NCBI RefSeq assembly: GCF_018350175.1
Contig: NC_058368.1
Location: forward strand, 75,022,001-75,086,000
Origin: Felis catus
Lineage: Eukaryota
DNA: 64,000 nt
Direction of reading: 5' to 3'
Shown: piece after piece, positions 25,253-37,236 of the stretch
How the letters are laid out: every line of letters begins with the position of its first letter
How positions within the stretch are numbered: the stretch's first letter is position 1
The notes under the pieces: model-generated
Told to the model about the DNA's origin: nothing
Seen by the model: the letters and a program-made list of their open reading frames with translations, nothing else
The model's database searches: none
Position numbers and translations under genes: made by a program

Positions 25253-26230
25253 AAAAGCTGATTCTTTGAAAAGATAAACAAAATTGACGTATCTTTAGCT
25301 AGACTTACCAAGAAAAAATGAGAGAGGGTTCAATTAAATAAAACCACAAATTAAAGAGGAGATGTTACACAAATGATGCCACAGAAATACAAAGGATTAT
25401 AAAAAACTGTTATGAATAATTATATGCCAACAAATTGGAAAACCTAGAAGAAATGGATAAATTCCTAGAAACACTCAACCTCCTGAGAGTAAATCATGAA
25501 AAAATTTGATGAATCTGAATAGACCAATTCCTAGTAATCAACAGCCTGCCAATAAATGAAAGCACAGACCAGACAATTTCACTGGTGAATTCTACCAAAT
25601 ATTCATTGAGGTCAATATCACCTTTATACCAAACCAATTACCCTTACACTGAAATCAGACAAAACAAACAAAGAAAATTACAGGTCAATATCCTTGATGA
25701 ATATAGATGCAAAAATTTTCAACAAAACATTAGGAAACCAAATTCAACAATATGCTAAAAGGATTATACTCCATGATTTAGTGGGATTTATTTCAGGACT
25801 GCAAGGATGTTTCAATATCCACAAGTCAACCAATGTGAAACACCACATTAACAAAATGAAGGGTAAAAATCATATGATCATCTTAAATGCAGACAGAGCA
25901 TTTGGCAAAATTCAACATCTATTTTTGATAAAAACTCTCAACAAAATGGTAACAAGAGAACAGACCTCAACATAATAAAGGCCACATATGTCAAACTATA
26001 GCCAACATTCTCAATGGTGAAAAACTGAAAAGTTTTCCTCTAAATATACAGGACTGAGACAAGGTATCTACTCTTGCCACTTTTATTCAACATAATATTA
26101 GAAGTCCTACTTACAGCAATTGGGCAAGAAGGAGAAATAAAAGGCCACCAAATAGGAAGGGAAGAAATAAAACTGTCATTCTTTGCAGAGGAATGTTATA
26201 CTATGTATAGAATACCCTAAACACTCCACA

Positions 26231-26263
<33 letters not shown>

Positions 26264-27725
26264 AAAACAGAAAAAAAAACCTATTAGAACTGATAAAGAA
26301 AAAGTCAGCCAAGTTGCAGGGATACAAAATCAATATACAGAAGTCTGTGGTGCTTAAAAACAGCAGTAATGAACTATCAGAAAGATGAATTAGAAAAACG
26401 ATTCCATTTATAACTGATCTGAAAGAATTAAATACCCAGGAACAAACATAACTAAGGAGGTGAAAGACCTGTACACTGAAAACTGAAAGACAATGATGAG
26501 AAAATCAAAGAAAATACAAATAAATGCAAAGGTATTCCATGCTCATGGATTGAAAGAATTAGTATTGCGAAATGTCCATGCTATCCAAAGCAATCTACAG
26601 ATTCAAGGCAACCCTATCAAAATTTCAATGGCCTTTTTCACAGAACTAGAACAAATAATTCTAAAACGTGTATGGAACCATAAATGATCATGAATAGCCA
26701 AAGCAATCTTGGAAAAGAAGCACAAAGCTGGAAGTATCATGGTCCCTAGTTTTAAACTATACTACAAAGGGATAGTAATCAAAACAGTATGGCATTGGCA
26801 TAAAAAGTGACATGCAGGTTGACAGAACAGTATTGAGAGTCTAGAAATAAACCCACACATCTATGGACAATTAATTTATGATAAGGGATCCAAGAATATG
26901 CAATGGAGAAAGGATCGTCTCTTCTATAAGCGATGCATGTCACTTTAAGGCCTGAAACCATAAAAACATAAGTGATAAATTCATTGATGTCAGTCTTAGC
27001 AATGTGTTAGTAGATCTGACTCCAAAGTCAAGGGAAACAAAAGGAAAAATAAGCAAAAGAAAGTACATCAAATGAAAAGGATTATTTCACAGTGAAAGAA
27101 ACCGTCATCAAATGAAAAGCAAGCTAGTGAATGGGAGAAGATATTTGCAAATCATATATCCCATAAAGTATCAGTATCCAAAATATAAAAAAATGAACTC
27201 ATACAACTCAACAATAAAAACTACGTAACTCAATTTAAAGAAACAAGCAGATGATCTGCATAGACATTTTTTTCTTTTCTAAAGAAGACATAGATGGCCA
27301 AGAAGCACATAAGAAAATTTTCAATATCACCGAATTCTGGAAAATACACATCAAAACCACAATGAGATATTACCACATACCTGTCTAGAATGGCTATTTT
27401 TAAAAATGGAAGGAATACAAGTGTTGAAGAAGGTGTGAAGAAGAGGGAACCCTCTTTCACTGTTGGTGGGAACGTCAGTTGGTGCAGCCACTGTGGAAAA
27501 CAGTATACAGGTTCCTCAAAAAATTAAGAATGGAAACATCATAGGATCCAGCAATTCCCCTTCTGGGTATTTATCCAAAGAATACAAAAAACTAATTCAA
27601 AAATATATATATACTCCCATGTTTATTGCATTATTGTTTACAGTAGCCAAGATATGGAAACAACCTAAGTGTCCATAGATAGATGAATAAAGAAGATGTG
27701 GTATGCACATGCACACACACGTGTG

Positions 27726-27726
<1 letters not shown>

Positions 27727-27763
<37 letters not shown>
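27727..27763. repeat. (CA)n microsatellite inside L1
   Basis: Direct observation. Confidence 0.95.
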
Positions 27764-27766
<3 letters not shown>

Positions 27767-29829
27767 GACTACTACTCAGCCATAAAGGAGAATGAAGTAT
27801 TGCCATTTGCAACAACATAGATGAACCTGAAAGGTATGATGTTAAGTGAAATAAGACAGGCAGAGAAAAACAAATACCACACAATTTAACTCATATTTAG
27901 AATAAAAAAAAATAGGCAAACAAAAGAATACAAAAACGAAATCACAGAAAACAGACTGACGGTTACCAGAGAGAAAGGAGGTTGGGTGAATTGCATGAAG
28001 AGGGCGAACTATATGGTGATGGATGGTAATTAGACTTTTGGCGGTGATCACTTTGTAGCGCATACAGTTGTTGAATTGTAATGTTTTACATTTGAAACAA
28101 ATAATTTTATATACTAATTTTACTTTAAAAATTATTATGTCACGATTACCTTGATTTATATAAATGAGAAGGCATGTATCCATATCATTTTTAAAAAAAA
28201 AAGACATTAACTGATCCGATATTAATTCATAAGAAATTTCTGGCATGCTCTAGACCTGATTTCAAATTGTTCAACTATAAAACTGGCATTTTGTCTCTTC
28301 AAGCACAGTCATTTATTATTCGCCACTTTACTCAGTTTTTTTTTTAACATTTGGTTTTACAAAATTCATGTTCATACAACAGGTGCTTACTAATTTCATC
28401 TGTTTTTCATTCTGTTAGTCAATATTAATGACTGCATTGAGTATAGAAATTCACAGCTACATGGCTAATGAGAACATGGCTTTTGGCTACTTTTCAAGAA
28501 CAATCTATCCTCTTTTTATCATTTCCTTTAGTTTCACTCACTTCCCCTCCAAACTCTGTCACTCTCCTGAGATTGTCTGTTCAGTAGACAATGTTCATTC
28601 CCTATAAAATGAGAGGGGAAAATATTTTAATGAAAGCATTTACCTATATGGACAAAACTTGTAGTCAAGGACTGCGGAAGACCTAACAAAAATGACATCT
28701 GGAAGTTTTCACAGTTGCAGCAAATGTATGAGAACATCTTGAGGATCTTCCTTTATGTTATATAAGCATCAGATCAATAAAGGCTTTATATCAATAAACA
28801 GTTCAAGATACTCTTCATGCTTTCTTCCCTTATGAGAAATACTCCTCTCCAGATGAGTGTGCGAGTTGCGATGTTAAGAGATAATTATGCTTTATTTTCT
28901 AGAGATTCGTATTTAATTTCTAGTAAATGAAAACTATATCTTCTGCAAGCAGCACTGAAGCAAATTGTATTTTAAAGTAAAATTAAATTAATTTGCTTTA
29001 AATGCACAGTGAGAGTGTTTACATGTGCTTCTATTTGATACTCACTGAAGCACAGTATTTCCTGGGATATTTTCTGAAGACTTAATAAAATGTGAATTTT
29101 CATCTACTATTGAAAACTTAATAAAACCAGGATTCATCGTGGGGGGAAAATGTCTGAAGTTAATATCTCAACTTCTGTATGTGACATTCAGAAGATGATT
29201 ATAATTTGTTCTGTGGGTAGTCTAAAAATTAATTTTCTGCTTCTTTATTTATTAGATTTTTCTTTCTCCCACTGTTTAGAATAGGTTTATTTCTGAGCTC
29301 TTTTATTAGTGCAGAAAAAAATAGAGAGCCTAAAATAAAGCCAAAAATCTTGAGCCAATGTTGCTTCTCAGTACTTAGTACATTAAAAAAAAATTCAAAA
29401 GAAGAGTTTAAACCCCAACACTATCTAAGCACTTATATGATTTTTCCTTATTTCAGGATCATAATAGGTCATTGCTTTCAAAAACATAATCTTAAGGAAG
29501 AAGCATGAATCAAATTACTTACTTGAAAAATTGGTGCATTTCATGTTTTAATTATTCCCCTTTCAATTTGAGGGAAAGAGCTGAGCCATTTTCAAGATAC
29601 AGGCATCCCTCCCTTGACCTACCCAGTCTGTCTACCTATTTGGCCATCATACCCTTGAACTGAAGTAACTAAAGGTAATGTGGGTGCTTTTATAGGTCAC
29701 TGAGTTGGTTATCATGTGCTATGGGCATTGAGTACTAGCAAAACGGAGTCCCTCACTCAACTCGTGCTGTTCATGAGCTGCCTTTCAATTAAGCTAAAGG
29801 CAGTATTTTCATCTGTTTTATGCCATTTG

Positions 29830-29965
29830 TTTAGGGCAGAATAGGATGCCTATGTCTCAATATTCTCATCTTCAAAATAGAAATAAGAATAATACCTAAT
29901 ATGAAGAATTAGAACAAGTAATACATGGATATTGCCTAGTAGATATCAAGCATGCTGTTTATTAC
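29830..29965 (+). mobile_element. MIR fragment
   Basis: TGTCTCAATATTCTCATCTTCAAAATAGAAATAAGAATAATACCTA core. Confidence 0.65.
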
Positions 29966-30458
29966 AATGTATTTTTCCTTATTGAACAAAATGGAATGGA
30001 TTATTATTGGTGAGCTGGCATTCTCTTTGATCATCATTATGTTCATTTCTTCAGTATGACTTAATATGATAAAAGTGAAAAACAACCTCAATTTGGGTAT
30101 TTTGGCTGTACATTTCAGAAAAAAAAAATCAGGACATAGGAGTGGCTAAGAGATGTAGGATTCTTGAGTATCAGTAATAAAAGGAGTCTTCTCCATTGAT
30201 GTCTGACTTCAGATACTTCTATATCTATGAGAGTCATGATAGACTCTACATCTTTCTTGAATGTAGCTGTCACTGTGCTCCTAATCAAGTCTTTCAGATG
30301 GACTATTTTTTTGGGGGGGAGGTGAGAGGAAAGAGGACAGAAAGAGCCATGCTATAATTCTCATTTGATGATTGGGAAGATTATCTGCCTTTGTTCATAC
30401 AACCTAAACAAGATGAGAAAAAAGTTGAGGATAAATTTTACAAAACAATAGTATTAGT

Positions 30459-30491
30459 AATAATAATAATTAATAATAATAATAATAATAA
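30459..30491. repeat. (AAT)n microsatellite
   Basis: Direct observation, followed by AT-rich low complexity to about 30740. Confidence 0.9.
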
Positions 30492-31550
30492 CTGTACTAA
30501 TAGCAGTATCTCAGATTAGTTTGTAGATTGCTTGTTTGTATAACATATGAGTATGCTATGAAAATAATGTTAAATAATTATATTTAATATAATTTTAATT
30601 TAATAAAATTGCAAGTATACTATAATTATATAATAATGTATAATTACATACTATGATATAATTATCATATAATTAAAAATAATATATATTTAACATATAC
30701 TCATATATTTTTATGTTCTAGATAAATTTATGGTAAAATATTTCCACCTATAGTCAAATAATTGGAAAGATAACTATAAGGAAAAAAGTGATAGATATTC
30801 CCTTCCCCTTAAAACCACTTAAAAACCCATTTTTTTTCATAAGGGAAATGATTCCTGCATAATTACATTCACACACATACACATGCACTTATGCAACACA
30901 ATAAGAGATCATGGCAATAAAAACCAGGTGTCTTTAAAATGAAATTATCCCAATCCTAATTAACAACTAGGGTTTTGCTTATATTGTCATGAGGAATACA
31001 AAGAGATTTTTAGAGGTCTTTAGACAAATCAAATCAAATTGAAAAACAGCAATCTAATCATATCACATCACTCAAAAATCTTGTGAATAACCATCAAAGG
31101 GTAGTATCTAAAAATTTAGTTCTAGAAATATGATTCAAATTGAGTCTACACATATTTTACATATTGCCAAAAGAGTTTAATTACCATGCCTTCTCTATGT
31201 TATATGACTCTTAACCTGAGCACTGTTCTAGGATTCAATTTTCAAATCTCCCTTATGACAGATAAACAATGTAATTGTATTAACAGTATGTGCGTGTGCG
31301 GACCTATGATTTAACATTTGTTTTCCATGAAAACACACTTCGTTCTGTACGATAACTTACTTTGGGGAAAGTATAAATGCTGAACTTTGAAAATGAATGA
31401 AATAATAACATGACAATACTTTTAAAAGATTGAAGAAACCAACTCTCCTGAATGTTTTTCATAAAGAAATAAAATATAGTGTTTATATTTAGGATTAGAA
31501 TTGATGTCGTATAATATTTAGAATTCATTTTATGTCTGTACTGCCATTTT

Positions 31551-32281
31551 ATTTTTTTTGTTTAGTTTTGTTTTATTTGAGTATAGTTGACACACAGTGT
31601 TACATTAGTTTCAGAGACACAGCAGAGTCACCTGACAACTCTATACGTTATGTTATGCTCACCACAAGTGTAGTTATTATCTGTTACCATACAACACTAT
31701 TACCATATCATTGACCATGTTCACAATTCTGTGCCTTTTATTCCTGTGCCTTATTCATTCAATAACTGGAAGCCTGTGTCTCCCGTTGCCCTGCACCTCT
31801 TTTGCCCACCCCCCAATCTCCTCTGGCAACCATTAGGTTGTTCTCTGTATTTATAGGTATGATTCTGCATTTTACTTTTTTATTTATTTGTTGTTTTAGA
31901 TTCCACTTACGAGTGAAATCATATGGTATTAGTTTTTCCCAGTCTGACTTATTTCACTTACATAGCATAATACCCTCTAAATCCATCCATGTTGGTGCAA
32001 ATGGCATGAGCCCATTCTTATCCGTGGCTATGTAATATTCCATTGTATATAAATCACATCTTTCCTTATACATTCAGTCATCACTGGACGCTTAACTTGG
32101 TTTAATATCTTGGCTATTGTAAACGATGCTGCATGCGTGTATCTTTTCAAATTCGTGGTTTTGTTTTCTTTGGGTAAATGGCCACTCGTGGAATTATTAG
32201 ATCATATGGTGTTTCTATTTCTAATTTTTTGAGGAATGTCCATATTGTTTTCCACAGTGGCTGGGCCAACTTACATTTCCC
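31551..32281 (-). mobile_element. Carnivore L1 3' end
   Basis: T-rich tail, TTGAGTATAGTTGACACA...TTACATTAGTTTCAG, TTAGATTCCAC...AGTGAAATCATATGGTA, TTTTCCACAGTGGCTG..CCAA.TTACATT.CC. Confidence 0.92.
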
Positions 32282-34459
32282 AAAAACCATTAGAAGGGAT
32301 AAATGAATTCAGTTAATTTGCAGGATACAAAATGAATATCCAGAAATTGATAGCATTTCTGTACACTAATACAAAAGTAGCAGAAAGAGAAATTAAGAAA
32401 ACATCTCCATATACAACTGCACCTAGGAACAGATTCAACCAGAGTGGTGAAAGACCTGTACTCTGAAAGCAATGAAACATTAGTGAAAAAAACAAATGAC
32501 ACATTGGGGCGCCTGGGTGGCTCAGTCGGTTAAGTGTCCGACTTCGGCTCAGGTCACGATCTCACTGTCCGTGAGTTCGAGCCCCGCGTTGAGCTCTGTG
32601 CTGACTGCCCAGGACCTGGAACCTGTTTCAGATTCTGTGTCTCCCTCTCTCTCTGACCCTCCCCCGTTCATGCTCTGTCTCTCCCTGTCTCAAAAATAAA
32701 TAAAACGTTAAAAAAAATAAAAAAAAAACAAATGACACAAACATAAAGGTATTCCACGCTTATGGAGTGGAAAAATTAATTATTTTTGAATGTTCGTACT
32801 ACTCAAAGCAACTTATAGAATCAATGCAATCCCTATCAAAATACCAACAGCATTTTTCACTGAACTAAAACAAATCCTAAAATTTGTACAGAATCCCAAA
32901 AGACCCGAAATAGCCAAAGCAATCTTGAAAAAGTAGAACAAAACTGGAGGTATCACAATCCCAGATTTCAAGGTATACTACAAAGCTGTAGTTATCAAAA
33001 CAGTATGGTACTGGCACAAGAATAGACACATAGATCAGTGGAACAGAATGGAGAGCCCAGAAATAAACCCATGATGATACAGTCAATTAACCTTTTACAA
33101 AAGAAGCAAGAATATGCAATGGGAAAAAATAGCCTCTTCAAAAAATGGTGTTGAGAAAACTGTATCGCTACATGTAAGAGAATGAAACCGGGCCACTTTT
33201 TTACACCATACACAAGAATAAATTCAAAATGGATTAAGACCTAAGTGTGAGACCTGAAACCATAAAACTCCTACAAGAAAGCACAGGCAGTCATTTCTCT
33301 GATATCGGCCATGGAAATTTTTTTTTGTTTTTTGTTTGCTTGTTGGTTTGTTTTTATATGTCTCCTGAGCCAAGGGAAACAAAAGCAAAAATAAACTATT
33401 GGGACTTCATCAGGAGAAAAAGCTTCTGCACAGCAAAGACAACCTACTGATGGGAAAAGATATTTATAAATGACATATCTGATGAAGTGTTGTGTCCAAA
33501 ATATATAAAGGGTTTATACAACTCGACACCAGAGAAACAAATAACCCGGTTAGAAAATAGGCAGAAGACATGAACAGACATTTCTTCAAAGAAGACATCC
33601 AGATAGCTAACGGACACATAGAAGGATACTCAATGTCACTCATCACCAGGGAAATGCAAATCAAAACCACAATGAGATACCACCTTACACCTGTCAGAAT
33701 GGCTAGAATCAAAAACTCAAGAAACACCAGGCGTTGGCGAGGATGTGGAGAAAAAGGTTCCCTCATGCACAGTTGGTAAGAATGCAAACTGGTACAGCCA
33801 CTGTGAAAACCAGTATGGCGGTTGCTCAAAAAATTAACAATAGAACTACCCTACAATCTAGTAATCACCCTCCTGGGTATTTATCAAAAAAATACAAAAA
33901 CACTAAGTTGAAGGGCTGTATGAACCCCTGCGTATCATTTAAAACAGCAAACTATGGAAGCAGCCCAAGCGTTCATCAATAGATGAGTGAATAAAGAAGA
34001 TGTGGACAATGGAATATTATTCAGTCATGAAAAAGAATGAAATCTTGCCTTTTGGAGCTAGAGAGTATAATGCGAAGCGAAATAAGCCAGTCAGAGAAAG
34101 ACAAATGCCATATGATTTTGTTCATTTGTGGAATTTAAGAAACGAAGCGAAAGAACAAAGGGAACAAAAAGACAGAGAGCAAAACCAAAAAAACAAACTC
34201 AACTACAGAGAACAAACTGGTGGTTAGCAGAGGGGAGGTGGGGGGGATGGGGAAGATTAAGAGTGCGGCTATCTTGATGAGTCCTGAATAATGTATGGAA
34301 CTGCTGAATCACTAGATTGTAAGTCTGAACCTAGTCTAGCACTGTGCGTTAACTACGCCGGAATTAAAAGAAAACAAAATAAAATAAAATAAAATAAAAT
34401 AAAATAAAATAAAATAAAATAAAATAAAATAAAATAAAATAAAATAAAATAAAATAAAA
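32282..34459 (+). mobile_element. 5'-truncated carnivore L1 (degenerate ORF2 plus 3' UTR) with (AAAAT)n tail
   Basis: [15 protein letters not shown]....[25 protein letters not shown] is the L1 ORF2 C-terminus. 3' UTR then (AAAAT)n at 34376-34459. Confidence 0.95.
32506..32721 (+). mobile_element. CanSINE (SINEC_Fc family) nested in L1
   Basis: Full length. TSD AAAAAAACAAATGACACA. Confidence 0.95.
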
Positions 34460-34677
34460 CACTTAGCATTCTTATCAGCGTTTTGAATTGCGATGCTTGT
34501 TCTTCAAGAATACTGCCAAAAGAGCATGTATGTAGTGATAACAGATCTATTAATGAATTAGGTATTACTTTATCCCCGTAATATGTTTTCAGAGTGATTG
34601 TCAGTAACTGCAGCCTGGTCTTCCCAGTGTGGCTGAATTATTTGCTAATATGCATTTTACGTTTATAGTTTACATGC

Positions 34678-35137
34678 TGCAGTAGACTGAACAGTGCTTC
34701 CCCCAAAGATGTCCACATCCTAATCCCCAGAACCTGTGACTTTGTTACCACACCGGGTAAGAGGGTCCTGTAGATTTTATGAAATTAAGAATCTTGCAAT
34801 GGGGACATTATCTAGCATTGTCCTGGATGAGCCTGATATAAGTGAAGAGAGGAGCAGGGGATCAGAGATGAGCAAGCAGGATGATGGGAGACAGAGCTGG
34901 GCATGATGAGGCCATACTATAGGTGGTGCCGGCAGCTTCTAGCACCTAGAAGATTCTAGAAAGAACATATTCTCCCCTGGAGCCTCCAAAAAGAACTCGC
35001 CCTGCTGACACTTTGATCATAGACCCGTAATCCTCATTTCAGACTTCTGATACCCAGACTGTAAATGGATACATTTGTATTGTTTTACGCCACTAAGTGT
35101 GTGGTAATTTTTATAGTGGAAAGAGGAAACTCATACG
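34678..35137 (+). mobile_element. MLT1D-like MaLR solo LTR
   Basis: TG..GTAGACTGAA...CCCCCAAAGATGTCCACATCCTAATCCCCAGAACCTGTGA...GCCACTAAGT.TGTGGTAATTT...GGAAACT.ATAC. Intact 5-bp TSD CATGC (34673-34677 / 35138-35142). Confidence 0.92.
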
Positions 35138-36510
35138 CATGCTAAACTGTATTAATATGATAGACAAGACGAAACTCCAGAATATGAAAAATCGTAAGAA
35201 TAATACATAATCCCAACTCTCTCCCCAGGAGGTATAGAGAACCATGAGGCATTCCTTGGAGACTTTCCGGCGCATAGCGCCTATACACACGACTTTCTCA
35301 GAGCTTTTGAGGAATATCATGGGAAGCACAGAGAATAGCTTCCTCTAAAAAAAAATCAGCGAAAATTACCCTTTAAGGATTTTAGAGATTCGTCATTGTA
35401 GAATATTACCTTTATGCATCGTTTACTTTCCTCCCTTCTGTATTTTAAGGAGTTTGAAAATATGCAATTCAAGAAACTTGGTAAACCAAAGAACATGCTT
35501 AGCCTGCAGGTGCATCTGTGGACCTGAACAGGTGCCTTAAAAGTGTGCAAAGCCCTCAAAAGTGTTTAGAGTTGGAAAAATGTTAACAGCACATCTAGTA
35601 AGCCTCTGATCGTAGTTAGATCTCATCACATTCTGCCCTTTGTGCCATGAAAGATGTAACCTATTTAGGAAATGCCATACCACAGTGGCCCCCTGCGGCT
35701 CCAACCCAAGTAGATAATGTTTAGCACGCATGAAAGCATGGTGTTGTTACCCAGCTCAATGCTCTCAAGCCTGTAACCTGAAACAAAATAACGAGGCTCC
35801 TTTTGGCTCGAGGAATATTACTTTTTGTCCTTGTAACAACTACAAGATCAAATTCAAGGAGGCTTTTTTTTTTCCTTTTTTTAACACACAACGTTCACTT
35901 TCTGCTTTGAGTTCCAGCTGTGAGTGGAATTAACTTTCAAAATAAAGAAAATGGACTCTGCAGCTGGAGGGGGGCAGAGTTTGGGGCTTACTTGCATCAG
36001 ACTCAGTTGGCGGAGGGAGGAAATATCATGAATTCTCTTCGGCTACTTTTCTGTCGCTGTGGGAGGCCTTTGTGGAAGGAATCTAACTTTATTCTGCCTT
36101 CCTGTCGTCTGCCTGAATCGAGGGGTAGCAGCGCCCAGGAAAGCCCGGTCTTAGGAAAGCGCCAGCTGCGGTCGCTATTCTGTTGAAGATGGGAATCGTC
36201 TTCCGCTGAAATTCAAGCGCAGGATTGCACACCTGATATCATCCCTACTCTTGAAGTCAAACAGTAGATGATGGAATCACGCGCAGTGCATTTTCCTTTA
36301 ACCCTCATTCACTGAGATTCACCCTGTGGAATGCGGTTCTTGAAAAAAATAGTGTCTTCATGCATTTAGGTACTTTGAGTACCACGCACTCACTGAGTAC
36401 ACGGTGGGGTAGGACTTAACCTTTTGTTGCCAGTTTGGGTGCAGTGTATTTGCCATATCTCCGGGTGTGGTGAATCATGTTCCTGTGCCACTTTTAAAAA
36501 GCAAACACCT

Positions 36511-36735
36511 GGGGCGCCTGGGTGGTGCAGTCGGTTAAGCGTCCGACTTCAGCCAGGTCACGATCTCGCGGTCCGGGAGTTCGAGCCCCGCGTCGGGCTC
36601 TGGGCTGATGGCTCGGAACCTGGAGCCTGTTTCCGATTCTGTGTCTCCTTCTCTCTCTGCCCCTCCCCCGTTCATGCTCTGTCTCTCTCTGTCCCAAAAA
36701 TAAATAAAAACGTTGAAAAAAAATTAAAAAAAAAT
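36511..36735 (+). mobile_element. CanSINE, young SINEC_Fc type
   Basis: Perfect TSD AAAAAGCAAACACCT (36496-36510 / 36736-36750). Confidence 0.97.
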
Positions 36736-36832
36736 AAAAAGCAAACACCTTACTCGGTCTGTTCTAAAGATTCCTGAAGTGAGAAAAAAGACAGAAGCAC
36801 AATTCATTTTTGTTGCGAGTTTCTCCTTAGGT

Positions 36833-37170
36833 GCATTCATTCATCACCTTTCTATTGAGTACCTGCTAGAGTTCAGGCACTCTTGCAGGCACACGCAAGA
36901 GAGACGGTCTCTGGGCTCATAGAGCTTTCACTTTTGTGGGAGCAAATGGGCAATAAGCTAAGAAACGGATGTGACAATTATCTCAGAGAACTGTGAGCCT
37001 GGAAGGGATAAGGAAATTAAGCCTGGGAAGGATAAGGAAACAAGGTCTCTCTCTGCCGAGACTTTCCTGGCCTGTCCGGCAGAGAACTGAGGGCAGCTCC
37101 CCAGGAAGAGAGCAGAGCAAGCCTCAGTCCCGGACGCTTTGTGTTTGGAAATCTTGGTGGACAAGAGCTA
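36833..37170 (-). mobile_element. L2 3' end
   Basis: CATTCATTCA...TATTGAGTACCTGCTA.....CAGGCACT...GGTCTCTG..CTCATAGAGCTT. Confidence 0.7.
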
Positions 37171-37174
37171 CAGT

Positions 37175-37236
37175 GGAAAGAAGGAAGGAAGGAAGGAAGG
37201 AAGGAAGGAAGGAAGGAAGGAAGGAAAGAAAGAAGG
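37175..37236. repeat. (GGAA)n microsatellite
   Basis: Direct observation. Confidence 0.95.

Larger units (their letters stand above)
24153..28131 (+). mobile_element. 5'-truncated carnivore L1 (degenerate ORF2 from endonuclease end to 3' UTR)
   Basis: ORF pieces LNDTLDQIDLIDTYRTFHP..YTLFSS..GTLSRI.HMLGHK (EN) and [35 protein letters not shown] (RT). Many stops, frameshifts and internal deletions. Contains two SINEs, (CAA)n and (CA)n. Confidence 0.95.

Noticed and set aside
24157..27678. L1 ORF2 as a functional CDS
   Set aside because: Fragmented by stops, frameshifts, deletions and SINE insertions, with no ORF1 or promoter.
28644..28682. 39-nt minus-strand exon-like segment (TTTTTGTTAG...AG|GTAAAT)
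   Set aside because: No recognisable peptide or partner exon, and such pseudo-exons are common.
36511..36600. tRNA genes suggested by A-box and B-box motifs
   Set aside because: These are SINE heads followed by CT tracts, A tails and TSDs, with no intact cloverleaf.
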